Below are positions 36,148 through 45,736 of a DNA stretch of 64,000 nt, piece after piece. Origin of the DNA: an uncultured Clostridia bacterium (GTDB lineage Bacteria; Bacillota; Clostridia; TANB77; CAG-508); NCBI GenBank assembly GCA_944387475.1, contig CALXFB010000006.1, forward strand, positions 7,357-71,356. The letters run 5' to 3'. Each line of letters opens with the position of its first letter. The stretch's first letter is position 1. The notes under the pieces are model-generated. The model saw nothing but the letters and a program-made list of their open reading frames with translations. It ran no database searches and was not told where the DNA came from. The translations under genes and the position numbers were made by a program.

Positions 36148-38022
36148 ATGGCAGATGGCTCAGTTACTATTGAAATAAATGGGGACAGCAAAGGTTTAGA
36201 AAAAGAAATAAATGGAATAGGAAGTAAAGTTAAAAGTGGTTTTGGAAAAATAAGTAGCATTGCTGGAGCAGCATTAACTGGAGTAACGGTAGCAGTTGGA
36301 GGAGCTGCAACAGCATTAGCAGGGCTTGGAACTGCATCTGTAAATTCTTATGCTGATTTAGAGCAAAATATTGGCGGTATTGAAACACTTTTTAAGGGTA
36401 GTGCTGATAAAGTAATAAAAAACGCGGAAAATGCTTATAAAACAGCAGGTATGAGTGCTAACCAGTACATGGAAACAGTAACAGGATTTAGTGCTAGTTT
36501 ATTGCAAAGTTTAGGTGGAGATACAGAAAAAGCAGCAGATGTTGCTGATATGGCATTAACTGATATGGCGGATAACGCTAATAAAATGGGTACTTCTATG
36601 GAAAGTATTCAATATGCATATCAAGGTTTTGCTAAACAGAATTACACAATGTTAGATAACCTTAAATTAGGTTACGGCGGAACAAAAGAAGAAATGCAAA
36701 GATTATTAGCAGATGCCGAAAAATTAACAGGAGTTAAATATGATATTTCTAATTTAAGTGATGTATACAATGCAATACATGTAATTCAAGGAGAATTAGG
36801 AATAACAGGAACAACAGCAAAAGAGGCGTCAGAGACAATAGCTGGTAGTGTAAGTTCCATGAAAGCAAGTTTTGATAATTTCTTAAATGGAAGCGGAACC
36901 ATAGACCAAGTAATAGAAACAGGCTTGACATCTATACAAAATATCGTTAATGCCGTTGGAGAATTGCTACCAGGTTTAATAGAAAGCGTAGCAAATGCTA
37001 CCCCACAAATTGTAGATGCTATAAATCAAATTTTTCCACAAATTTTAAATTTATTAATTACTAACGCACCTACAATTTTAAGTAGTATCGGACAAATATT
37101 GATGGCATTAACGCAATCATTAATAAATTATATGCCTCAAATTTTAACAATAGCAATGCAGTTAATACAGAGTTTTATAAACGGTTTAATTTTAATGTTA
37201 CCACAAATAATTCAAATGGGTATGCAACTTATTACACAGTTAATAACAGGAATTGCACAAATGCTACCGCAACTAATACCGCAAGCAATAAATGCAATAA
37301 TCACACTAGTTGAAGGTTTGTTAAATAATATAGACCAATTAATAGATGCAGGAATACAGCTAATTATGGGGTTAGCAGATGGATTAATAAATGCTATACC
37401 AATACTAGTAGAAAAAATACCAACAATTATAGAAAAACTAATCCAAGCATTTATTAGAAATTATCCTAAAATGGCAGAAGCAGGTTGGAACCTGATAACT
37501 AAATTAGCTTCTGGGCTTTTACAAGCTCTCCCAAAATGTGCAGAAGCAGCAGGACAAGTTTTTAGTGCTATTTGGAATGGCTTAAAAGAATTGCCAGGAA
37601 TGATTTTAGACATAGGAAAAAATATTGTACAAGGTTTATGGAATGGGATTTCTGGAGCAGCCGGATGGCTATGGGATAAAGTAAGTGGATTTTGTGGAGG
37701 TATAGTCAATAAAATAAAAGGATTTTTTGGAATACATTCGCCTTCAAAATTGTTTAATGAAGAAATTGGTAAATTTTTGGCTTTGGGTCTTGGAGAAGGT
37801 TTTGATGATAATTTAGGCAAAGTCTTTAAAGGTATGAAGTCCGCAGTAAATTTTGAAACACAAAAATTAAGTGCTAATTTAAGCACTACAGCAACGAACA
37901 ACAAAACACTAACAGCAAATATAATTGTAAAACCTGGAGATGTATATATGGATAGTAAAAAAGTAGCAAGAATATTAACACCGAACATGACAAAAACTTT
38001 AAGAGGGGCAGGTGTTTACTAA
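36148..38022 (+). CDS. tail tape measure protein
   Basis: 624 aa. Gly/Ala-rich N-terminus, long hydrophobic helical repeats 'IQ..L..LI', and position after the chaperones. Confidence 0.85.
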   Translation: MADGSVTIEINGDSKGLEKEINGIGSKVKSGFGKISSIAGAALTGVTVAVGGAATALAGLGTASVNSYADLEQNIGGIETLFKGSADKVIKNAENAYKTAGMSANQYMETVTGFSASLLQSLGGDTEKAADVADMALTDMADNANKMGTSMESIQYAYQGFAKQNYTMLDNLKLGYGGTKEEMQRLLADAEKLTGVKYDISNLSDVYNAIHVIQGELGITGTTAKEASETIAGSVSSMKASFDNFLNGSGTIDQVIETGLTSIQNIVNAVGELLPGLIESVANATPQIVDAINQIFPQILNLLITNAPTILSSIGQILMALTQSLINYMPQILTIAMQLIQSFINGLILMLPQIIQMGMQLITQLITGIAQMLPQLIPQAINAIITLVEGLLNNIDQLIDAGIQLIMGLADGLINAIPILVEKIPTIIEKLIQAFIRNYPKMAEAGWNLITKLASGLLQALPKCAEAAGQVFSAIWNGLKELPGMILDIGKNIVQGLWNGISGAAGWLWDKVSGFCGGIVNKIKGFFGIHSPSKLFNEEIGKFLALGLGEGFDDNLGKVFKGMKSAVNFETQKLSANLSTTATNNKTLTANIIVKPGDVYMDSKKVARILTPNMTKTLRGAGVY

Positions 38023-38023
38023 T

Positions 38024-39539
38024 ATGAAAGCAAGATGGAGCAATAAAGATTTTAAAATAATAAATAATATAGAAATAAGTAAATCCAGTAGAGAAGTAAC
38101 GTATACAGACTTAACAATAGATTTTTCTAAGTGTGCAATAGAAGATTTACCACTTGCACAACAAGAAGTGCAGATTATAGATAAAAATCGGGAATTTGAA
38201 ATTTACTGGTTTTGTATCCGATTATAAACTACCAGAGCTTAAAAAAATCATTACACCGCAAAAAGAATTAAATTTAAGCTTGTTTAGTCCAAGACAATTA
38301 ACAACAAAAAGAACAGTAACGATAATGAGAACAGCAATGCTAACAGAAATAATAACACAAATATTAGAACCACTATATCAAGATGGATTTAGCTTAAAAA
38401 GTCTAAATATAGAAGATAAATCGGTGACAGTAAAATTAATAAGCAGAACAGTGGAAGAGGCATTAAATTATTTATCAAATAAACATGAATTGTATTGGAA
38501 TATAAACGAATTAAAAGAAATAGAAATAAGCACAATAGATTATATGTTAAACAAAGAAACCAAAAGAGATATAAATATAAAGAATTATAAGCAAGAAATA
38601 AACGGGCTATTAAGTATAACACCAGAAGTCGAAAATATCGATTATGCTAATATAATAAATGTAAAAAATGCAAGAATATTTTATGCAAAAAATGAACAAA
38701 CGAATATGAATATTTCTCTAAAAAATGGGGACAGATTAGATTTTGAAAACCCAATAGATATAAGCATAGGGACAGCACAAAGAATATTAGGAACTTTGCA
38801 AGACAATCAATTTGCATCTTTTCAGAGTTTAGAAATAAAGTACAATAACAATAATTTTGCACAAATTTACCACGATTTTAATGGGAATGTAGGAGAAACT
38901 ACTATGCAAAACGTAGCAACAGATGACAGCACAGGTGCTTTATTTGTTTTAACAATGGATAGCACTTTTAAAAATTTAGCTACAGGAATTACGTATAAAG
39001 GCGAAGGAACTATTACAATAAATACAGTAAATAGCCAGGCGTTTTTAAGATATGCAAACATGAAGTTGATAAATTGGGGAGAAATAGAAAAAAATAAAGA
39101 AAAAATAACACCTTCTGGACAAATAGAAAAAGTTTTAGATGTGGAACAAGGGTGGTTTACATTAGAAGAATTAATGGACTATATAAGAAGCACATTTGCA
39201 GTAAATAACAAATATACGAATCAAATTACAATAAAATATGATAAAGAAAATAATATTACAATTGGAGATAAAATAAATATAAACCTTCCAGAATATTTTA
39301 CGGAAGGTGTTTTTATTGTAACAGCAATAAACGAAAGTAAAGAAGCAAACAACCCAACAAATTATTCTGTAGAACTTAGAAATACTAACTTATTAGAAAA
39401 TTTTATAGATTTATTCAGAAGTTCGACAGATATAGAGGAGCAAGACAGTCAGATAGATACAGAATATGTAGTAGAATATAGTGAAGATGAAACTATAAAT
39501 GAAATACACGAACTAATTTATGATGATGCCTATTCCTAA
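38024..39539 (+). CDS. distal tail (Dit-like) protein, frame broken at CGG 38189-38191
   Basis: 'MKARWSNKDFKIINNIEIS...VQIIDKN', then in-frame CGG and a stop 12 codons later. The +1 frame from GGG 38190 continues 'GNLKFTGFVSDYKLPEL...' for 449 more codons. Confidence 0.75.
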
Positions 39540-39570
39540 CGCATTAAATAAAATTTTAAGAGGTTAAAAA

Positions 39571-40494
39571 ATGAAAGTAAAAAATTTAGAAGTCGGAATA
39601 AAAATTGGAAATAAAGAAAAGAAGTTTACTAACTTAATATTAAATGCTTATTTAAATTTATTTGCAGACAGTGTGGTTGATTTTAAAAGCAAAAAACTAA
39701 CACATTGTGCAATAAATATAACTAAAAATAATTTTATAAGCGAATATAGTTCTACATTTAATTTTGATGTTTTGTTAGAAGGAAGTTTGCAAGAAGTTTT
39801 AATAGAAAATACAATTATTAACAAATATAAATACACCGAGGAAAATACAGTTGCAAATTTTTCTTCTTTGTCGAATTTTAATAATAAAATAATAAAAGAA
39901 ATTGCTTTTGGAGAATATGATTACGGGACAGAACTTTTTAATATATATGCTTATTTAGATTTAAGGAACTACAATATAATAATTCAAAATGAGCAACCTT
40001 TAATAATTAGTAGAATTGACAAAATAGTAAGTGATATGATGTTTTGGAGTAATTCTAATAAAATAAAAAGCCCATTTCACTTAACAGCAGATGGATTGCA
40101 TATAATACAAGGAATGAATTACGAAAGGATTTTACCTAAATTATATAGTGTAGGAGTTGGAGTTTTACCTTATGTTTTTACACAAGAATTTTTAGCAGAA
40201 GAATTGGATATACAAAGAGAAGGTGCGGGAGAGGTAGTTATTAATAAGAGTTTTACTAATGTAGGAGAAAACGACTTATATCCATCGCCAGACCTATATC
40301 CAAGCCCTGATTTATATCCACAAAAACCGACCGCTAATTTATTAATATATAAATTTAAAATGCTTAGGGAACACTATGAAGACCCAAGTGAACCCCCAGT
40401 TTTGGAGGATACGGGTCTTTTTTATGTGCAATATAAAGAAATAAATAATTTTGGAATTATTGAAAAGTTAAAGATAAATTATGAAAGAGGATAA
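39571..40494 (+). CDS. tail/baseplate structural protein
   Basis: 307 aa, assigned by position. Contains the peptide repeat DLYPSP-DLYPSP-DLYP. Confidence 0.5.
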   Translation: MKVKNLEVGIKIGNKEKKFTNLILNAYLNLFADSVVDFKSKKLTHCAINITKNNFISEYSSTFNFDVLLEGSLQEVLIENTIINKYKYTEENTVANFSSLSNFNNKIIKEIAFGEYDYGTELFNIYAYLDLRNYNIIIQNEQPLIISRIDKIVSDMMFWSNSNKIKSPFHLTADGLHIIQGMNYERILPKLYSVGVGVLPYVFTQEFLAEELDIQREGAGEVVINKSFTNVGENDLYPSPDLYPSPDLYPQKPTANLLIYKFKMLREHYEDPSEPPVLEDTGLFYVQYKEINNFGIIEKLKINYERG

Positions 40495-40496
40495 AA

Positions 40497-41019
40497 ATGA
40501 TAAATTTAGAAAAGATACCATTTGAAAATTTTAAAGAGCCAGCATTAGCAGAAGAAATCTTGATGGCTCTACAAGATAATATAGAAAAAGCAATAAACGA
40601 TAAAAACATAATGACAAGAGAAATTGATAGACAAAATATAACAGCTTCGTCTTCTTGGAAAGGAGAGGAAGTAGCATTATCTACTGTTACGTCTGTAGGA
40701 GAAAAACTAACAAGTGTAGACAATGCAATCAAAATTGGCGCAAACGTTGAACAAGTTTTAGTAAGCTGTAACATTCAAGGAGTTGGACATAGTGGTGCGA
40801 TTGGAGATAAAGATATTTGCATAATGCAGAACAATAACGATGTTGCAAATTTTTATCAAAACTCTGATGTAACAGAAATAGGATATTTAGGAGCTACAAT
40901 AGCACCAAAATTAGTAAATGCTTCTGAAGGAGACGTTTTTTCTGTTACAATTTCTTCACGGAGGCACAGGAACCTTTGAAATATTGAAAGGATATTTAAC
41001 AGTAGAGGTTGTTAAATAG
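40497..41019 (+). CDS. tail/baseplate protein, frame broken at CGG 40959-40961
   Basis: In frame 0 the ORF ends 'TISSRRHRNL*'. The +1 frame from GGA 40960 gives 'GGTGTFEILKGYLTVEVVK*', ending at 41019 just before AGGAG and ATG 41033. Confidence 0.6.
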
Positions 41020-41032
41020 AAAGGAGAAAAAC

Positions 41033-42961
41033 ATGGCAAAAATAACCTATGAAGATAAAGTAAAATTACAAGATGAACCTGATATACCTAATAAAAATAA
41101 AGTGACAGACAACGATATGAACGAAATAAAAGACGTTGTAAACACAAATGCAGATGAATTAGACACAGCAAAAGAAAATATAGAAAATTTAGAAGAAGGA
41201 CAGGGAACAAATAGTACAGATATAACAAATTTAAAAGGCAGAATGACTACTTTAGAGACAGACAATGCTAAAAATAAAAGTGATATAAGTAATTTGCAAA
41301 AAGACAACGAAACAAACAAGACGAATATAAGTAACTTACGAAACAGCAAAGTAGATAAAATAGAAGGAAAAGGCTTAAGTACAGAAGACTTTACAACACA
41401 ATTAAAAACAAAATTAGAAGGATTAGAAAATTATAACGATACAGAAATACAAGAAAAAATACAAACTATAGAAGGTAAAGTACAAACTTTAGAAGACGAC
41501 AATGCATCTAATAAAACAAACATATCTACATTACAAAGCAAAGTAACTAATTTAGAAAAAGACAACACTGATAATAAAAGCAATATAACTAATCTACAAA
41601 AAGATGTAGATAATTTAGGAAAAAACATAGAAGAAAACACAACAAACATAGAAACCTTACAAGCAGAAAATAAAAACTTAAAAGAAGAAGTAGAAAACTA
41701 CAAAAACTCTCTCCCTCGAGAAACACAAACAGGCGAATACATAACAATGCAAAACACTGCGGATAAAGTAAGGTTTAAAGATTTTGTTTTAGGTGGAAAT
41801 AGTAAGCAAGAGAGTAGAAGCGGAAAGAATATATTAGATATTAATAGTCCAGAATTGTATTTAACAAGAACAACAATAGAAAAGGAAGGAAACGTTCTAC
41901 ATGCAGAAACAAGTGGAGATAGTACTGCTTATATATCTATACCTCTTAAATTTAAAGCTAATACAGATTATACTTTATCTGGGATTTTAAAAGTTGTAGA
42001 AAATACAGTTTCTTATGCTAGTTTTTATATTAAAGTTAGAGCTAATAAAGATGGTGGAGATTGGATTAGTAGTAATTCTTTTAGTGTAGATGCTAGTTCT
42101 ACAGAAAACAAAAACATAGATTGGACTTTTAATTCTGGAGAATACACATCTGGCTGGTTATGGATTTATTTAAAACAAAGTGCAGATGCAGGAAATATAA
42201 GCATAGATTTTACGAATTTACAAATAGAAGAAGGAACAGAAGCTACAGATTATGAACAATACGGAGCAACACCAAGTCCAGAAATACCAAGTAAGATAGA
42301 AAATGTAGAAGGAGACGTAGAGGTAACAGTAGCTAATAAAAATATTTTTGACTTAAAGAAAGGTTTTGATAGAACAACAAATGGCGTAAATCGCGGAACT
42401 TTAAACGATGACGGCACAATTACAACTACGAGCAATTTTAGTAGCTCAAGGAATATCGGCATAGATGTAAAATTAAAAAAGAATACAGATTATGTAATTT
42501 CAGCAGAGATTGTTTCTATTACTGCTACATCCGAAGGAAAGCAATGTATTTTAGAAATTTGTGGTTATGATAAAGATGGAAAATTTAAATCTGTAGTAGA
42601 ATCAAAAACATTTACTGAAATTGGTAATAGAATATCAATGCCGTTTAATTCAGAAGATTTTGACAAATGGGCTGTTCACGTTTCTGGCTGGTATGGTTCT
42701 GGAGAAAGTGGAACATTGGTTTATAAGAATGTTATGGTATCAGAAATGGATATAAACTACACACAAAATAAACAACAGCAAGTAGTATTTCCATTAGCAC
42801 AGAACCAAAAGCTAATGTTAGGAGATTACTTAGATGACGACGGAATACACCATGTAAAAAAACAAGTGGTTTTAGATGGGACAGAAAATGTTTTGACACC
42901 AACAAATCTTGAAAGCATTTCTTTCTACACAAAAGCAAGCAGGCACACCAGTTGTAGTTGA
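41033..42961 (+). CDS. tail fibre protein (coiled-coil stalk + two beta-sandwich CBM-like modules), 3' end out of frame with the next ORF
   Basis: 'KVDKIEGKGLSTEDFTTQLKTKLEGL' fibre motif, NISNLQKD-type heptad repeats, 'QIEEGTEATDYEQY'. Start at 'MAKITYEDK' after AGGAG. Confidence 0.75.
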   Translation: MAKITYEDKVKLQDEPDIPNKNKVTDNDMNEIKDVVNTNADELDTAKENIENLEEGQGTNSTDITNLKGRMTTLETDNAKNKSDISNLQKDNETNKTNISNLRNSKVDKIEGKGLSTEDFTTQLKTKLEGLENYNDTEIQEKIQTIEGKVQTLEDDNASNKTNISTLQSKVTNLEKDNTDNKSNITNLQKDVDNLGKNIEENTTNIETLQAENKNLKEEVENYKNSLPRETQTGEYITMQNTADKVRFKDFVLGGNSKQESRSGKNILDINSPELYLTRTTIEKEGNVLHAETSGDSTAYISIPLKFKANTDYTLSGILKVVENTVSYASFYIKVRANKDGGDWISSNSFSVDASSTENKNIDWTFNSGEYTSGWLWIYLKQSADAGNISIDFTNLQIEEGTEATDYEQYGATPSPEIPSKIENVEGDVEVTVANKNIFDLKKGFDRTTNGVNRGTLNDDGTITTTSNFSSSRNIGIDVKLKKNTDYVISAEIVSITATSEGKQCILEICGYDKDGKFKSVVESKTFTEIGNRISMPFNSEDFDKWAVHVSGWYGSGESGTLVYKNVMVSEMDINYTQNKQQQVVFPLAQNQKLMLGDYLDDDGIHHVKKQVVLDGTENVLTPTNLESISFYTKASRHTSCS

Positions 42962-43169
42962 ATACAAACTAGCCGAAGAAGAAACAGAAGAATACACGGA
43001 AGAACAACAAGAAGCATACAACAAGCTAAAAGAACTAACAACTTATGCTGGACAAACTAACATCTACAGCACAAATAGTCCAAGCCCTATTTTTACAGTT
43101 ACAGGAATTAAAGATGTAAATAGCTTAATTACGCAAGTAAACCAATTAATTTTAGAAGGAGGAAACTAA
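42909..43169 (+). CDS. tail fibre C-terminal segment in +1 frame (no own RBS or ATG)
   Basis: 'LKAFLSTQKQAGTPVVVEYKLAEEETEEYTEEQQEAYNKLKEL' looks like the usual C-terminal end of such fibre proteins. The frame opens at 42897. Confidence 0.5.
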   Translation: MKAFLSTQKQAGTPVVVEYKLAEEETEEYTEEQQEAYNKLKELTTYAGQTNIYSTNSPSPIFTVTGIKDVNSLITQVNQLILEGGN

Positions 43170-43170
43170 A

Positions 43171-43686
43171 ATGATATATGATGCAGAAAAAGATATTTTA
43201 TTAAATACAAGTTATAAATTAGAAGACGAATTAGACAAAATATATTTTCTTTATACTAAAAATAAACTAACTAAAGAAGAGGCAGAGGAATTAGAAGAAC
43301 TAGCAAGAGAAAATGCTAATCCTGTAAATTCTTATGCTCCTATCCAAGAACAAATAGATAACATTTATACAGAATTAAATAGTATAAAAGCAGAAATAAA
43401 AGAACTAAAAGGACAAACAGGAGAGGAGCCAGGAGAACCAACAGAACCAGAACCTGTTGAAGAGTATCCAGAATATGTACAACCTACAGGAGCACATGAT
43501 GCTTATAATACAGGAGATAAGATTACATATAACAATAAGAAATATGTTTGTAAAATGGACGGTTGTGTATGGACGCCTGATGCTTACCCACCAGCTTGGC
43601 AAGAAGTTGTAGACAGCACAGAAAACTCTGCAGAGAATGCAGAGGTTGTTGCAGAGAACACAGAAGAAAATGAAAGCGAGGAATAG
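43171..43686 (+). CDS. tail-associated protein with C-terminal carbohydrate-binding (CBM5/12-like) motif
   Basis: 'YNTGDKITYNNKKYVCKMDGCVWTPDAYPPAWQEV'. Confidence 0.5.
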   Translation: MIYDAEKDILLNTSYKLEDELDKIYFLYTKNKLTKEEAEELEELARENANPVNSYAPIQEQIDNIYTELNSIKAEIKELKGQTGEEPGEPTEPEPVEEYPEYVQPTGAHDAYNTGDKITYNNKKYVCKMDGCVWTPDAYPPAWQEVVDSTENSAENAEVVAENTEENESEE

Positions 43687-43689
43687 GCT

Positions 43690-43902
43690 ATGGATAGAAA
43701 AGATAGAGTAGTAGTAGCAGGACTTTTAATAGTTCTGCTTTTTATAATTGTCAATATTTTTTCTACGGCGCATACAATGTCGGATTATGAACAGAGAAAA
43801 GAATCAGGAAACGATAGATGGAAACAAGTAGAAAATAGGATTTTACAGACAGAAGAGAAAGTAAATAATTTAGAAAAGGAGATAGAGCAGTGGAAGAAAT
43901 AA
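43690..43902 (+). CDS. XhlA-like membrane/coiled-coil lysis-associated protein
   Basis: 70 aa with one TM and a coiled coil, upstream of the holins. Confidence 0.45.
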   Translation: MDRKDRVVVAGLLIVLLFIIVNIFSTAHTMSDYEQRKESGNDRWKQVENRILQTEEKVNNLEKEIEQWKK

Positions 43903-44180
43903 ACCAGATTGGACAAATTTTATTAAACTATGGTGTAAGTGCTGTAATAATAATCGTATTTATATGGGATTATGTAGTAAATAAAAGACAAAACACCAAA
44001 AATCAAGAAACTATAAAAACTACTCTAGCAGTTGTGGAAAACACAACTAAGACCATTTCTAATTGTTTATTAGAAATGCAACAAACGAATTTAAACACTG
44101 CTAAATCCTTAGAACTTTTACAAAAACAAATGGAGAGTACAGATAAGAAAGTAGATATTTTGTTAGAAAGGGGGAAATAG
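43890..44180 (+). CDS. BhlA/UviB-like holin-like protein (GTG start)
   Basis: N-terminal TM 'YGVSAVIIIVFIWDYVV' plus a helical tail. AGGAG lies 8 nt upstream. Confidence 0.5.
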   Translation: MEEINQIGQILLNYGVSAVIIIVFIWDYVVNKRQNTKNQETIKTTLAVVENTTKTISNCLLEMQQTNLNTAKSLELLQKQMESTDKKVDILLERGK

Positions 44181-44182
44181 CT

Positions 44183-44437
44183 ATGGAGATAACATATGTA
44201 ATAATAATAGCAATAATAGCTTACATATTTGGAGCTATAACTAAGATGTTTGTAGATAGTATACCTAACAAGTATATACCTATACAAAACGTGCTAATTG
44301 GAATTATAAGTGCAGTTATATGCTATTTTACAGGAATAGAACCTAACTTATTGCAAGCAATTGTATTGTGTATAGTTGCAACAATGGGTGCAGGTGGAGT
44401 AGCAGATTTAATTAATATTAAAAATAAGGAGGAGTAA
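44183..44437 (+). CDS. holin
   Basis: 84 aa, three hydrophobic segments, charged C-terminus 'NIKNKEE'. Immediately upstream of the lysin. Confidence 0.7.
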   Translation: MEITYVIIIAIIAYIFGAITKMFVDSIPNKYIPIQNVLIGIISAVICYFTGIEPNLLQAIVLCIVATMGAGGVADLINIKNKEE

Positions 44438-44439
44438 AA

Positions 44440-45117
44440 ATGAACTATAATGAATTTATTAATGAGTACAATGGAAAATCTTTTGATTATGATGGAGTTT
44501 CTGGGGTACAATGTGTAGATTTAATTAAAATGTATTTAAACAAAGTATTTGGACTTACACCTGGTGCTTGGGGAAATGCAAAAGACTATTACGAAAATTA
44601 CAATAATAATAGTATATTAGAAGCTAATTTTGATAGAATAGCAAATACTCCAGAATTTGTACCACAAAAAGGAGATATATGTGTATGGGGAGCAGGACTA
44701 GGTAACAAATATGGACACGTAGCAATAGCTACAGGAGAAGGGAATACAAGTAATTTTTATAGTTATGATTTAAATTGGAATGGTAAAACAGTTAAAAAAG
44801 TACAACATACATATAAAGGCTTTTTAGGAGTATTAAGAGCAAAAGACCAATCTAAAATTGGTACAGAAACAGTAGTAGAAAATAATTCTAATAAGGAGGA
44901 ATTTGAAATGGCTAAAAAATGGACAAACGGAAGCACAAATGAAGATGTTTATGCAGATGTTAATTTAACAAAGAAAATAGGAACAATATTTCCAAGAGGA
45001 GAGGCAGATTGTTATGGTATAGTAGATGGGAAATATTTAGTATGCTATAATGTTTATTCTGGAAATACAGTAGCAAATAGAAAAACAGGTTTTGTTAAAT
45101 ATAATGGTGGAATATAG
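44440..45117 (+). CDS. endolysin, N-terminal CHAP domain plus C-terminal binding domain
   Basis: 'GVSGVQCVDLIKMY' (Cys) and 'YGHVAIAT' (His) form the CHAP core. Confidence 0.85.
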   Translation: MNYNEFINEYNGKSFDYDGVSGVQCVDLIKMYLNKVFGLTPGAWGNAKDYYENYNNNSILEANFDRIANTPEFVPQKGDICVWGAGLGNKYGHVAIATGEGNTSNFYSYDLNWNGKTVKKVQHTYKGFLGVLRAKDQSKIGTETVVENNSNKEEFEMAKKWTNGSTNEDVYADVNLTKKIGTIFPRGEADCYGIVDGKYLVCYNVYSGNTVANRKTGFVKYNGGI

Positions 45118-45118
45118 T

Positions 45119-45138
45119 AGCTAGTCTTCGGACTAGCT
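45119..45138 (+). terminator. GC-containing hairpin with TTCG loop after the lysin
   Basis: AGCTAGTC-TTCG-GACTAGCT. No U-tract follows. Confidence 0.45.
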
Positions 45139-45139
45139 C

Positions 45140-45168
45140 TTGACAAAATTAAAAAAGAAAATTATAAT
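45140..45168 (+). promoter_or_regulatory. perfect consensus sigma-A promoter TTGACA-17-TATAAT
   Basis: TTGACA 45140-45145, TATAAT 45163-45168. No ORF with an RBS lies downstream before the 45311-45336 hairpin. Confidence 0.6.
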
Positions 45169-45174
45169 AAAAAT

Positions 45175-45336
45175 ATAGTTAAACTTTAGCAAAAGTTGCA
45201 TTTAAAAATGTATGGTATTTTAAAAACACTTTTTTTGTTGAACTATTACACGTAGTGTATTTAAAAATGTGAAATGTTTTAAAATATTTTTTTGTTAAAG
45301 TTTAATAAACAAGAAGACTGTTTATGCAGTCTTCTT
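45175..45336 (+). ncRNA. candidate ~160-nt non-coding transcript with an internal ~40-nt tandem duplication
   Basis: Bounded by the consensus promoter and a 10-bp-stem hairpin (45311-45336). Repeats at 45198-45239 and 45257-45296 share 'ATTTAAAAATGT...TTTTAAAA...TTTTTTGTT'. Confidence 0.35.
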
Positions 45337-45736
45337 ATTCTTCTATTTTTAGTAATTCTTGGAAAGCGTAAATTTTATTATCTTTTATTAAAGCTCTATA
45401 TCTTACATCGTTATTTTTATCGTTTTTGTATATGCCGTCTTCTAAAGATTTAATTTCTATATTATTTTCTAAAATATAATTTTCATCATCTGTAGCTTTT
45501 TTAATTTTTATTATATCTCCTAAAACATTCATCTCTATTTCTGCTATAAAATCTGTATTAAAATCTAAATAGCAGTGTGCTATAACTAAGATTTTTTGTC
45601 CTGTTTTTTTACTAATGTATGTATAATATTCTATATCATCTTTTTCTCCTATTTTTTTCATTTCTAAACTTTTTATAATTCTTCTAAATTCTTTTTCTAA
45701 TATTATTATTTCCTTTTTAAAATCTTCCATTTTCAT
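45335..45736 (-). CDS. hypothetical cargo protein A (133 aa)
   Basis: Third gene of a translationally coupled minus-strand triplet (ATGA overlap at 45733-45736). No recognisable motif. Confidence 0.6.
   Translation of the reverse strand: MKMEDFKKEIIILEKEFRRIIKSLEMKKIGEKDDIEYYTYISKKTGQKILVIAHCYLDFNTDFIAEIEMNVLGDIIKIKKATDDENYILENNIEIKSLEDGIYKNDKNNDVRYRALIKDNKIYAFQELLKIEE

Noticed and set aside
42938-42946. In-frame AGC-AGG-C in the fibre gene as a CGG-like +1 site (AGG overlapping GGC)
   Set aside because: AGG is used in frame as a conserved Arg elsewhere (for example mnmG 'ASARLG', 4204-4206). The +1 frame already looks like real protein ('LKAFLSTQKQAG') upstream of this point, so the switch is probably nearer 42897-42911.
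45208-45255. 15-codon ORF MYGILKTLFLLNYYT as a type I toxin peptide
   Set aside because: It has no RBS and is too short and weakly hydrophobic to call. The region is treated as possible ncRNA instead.
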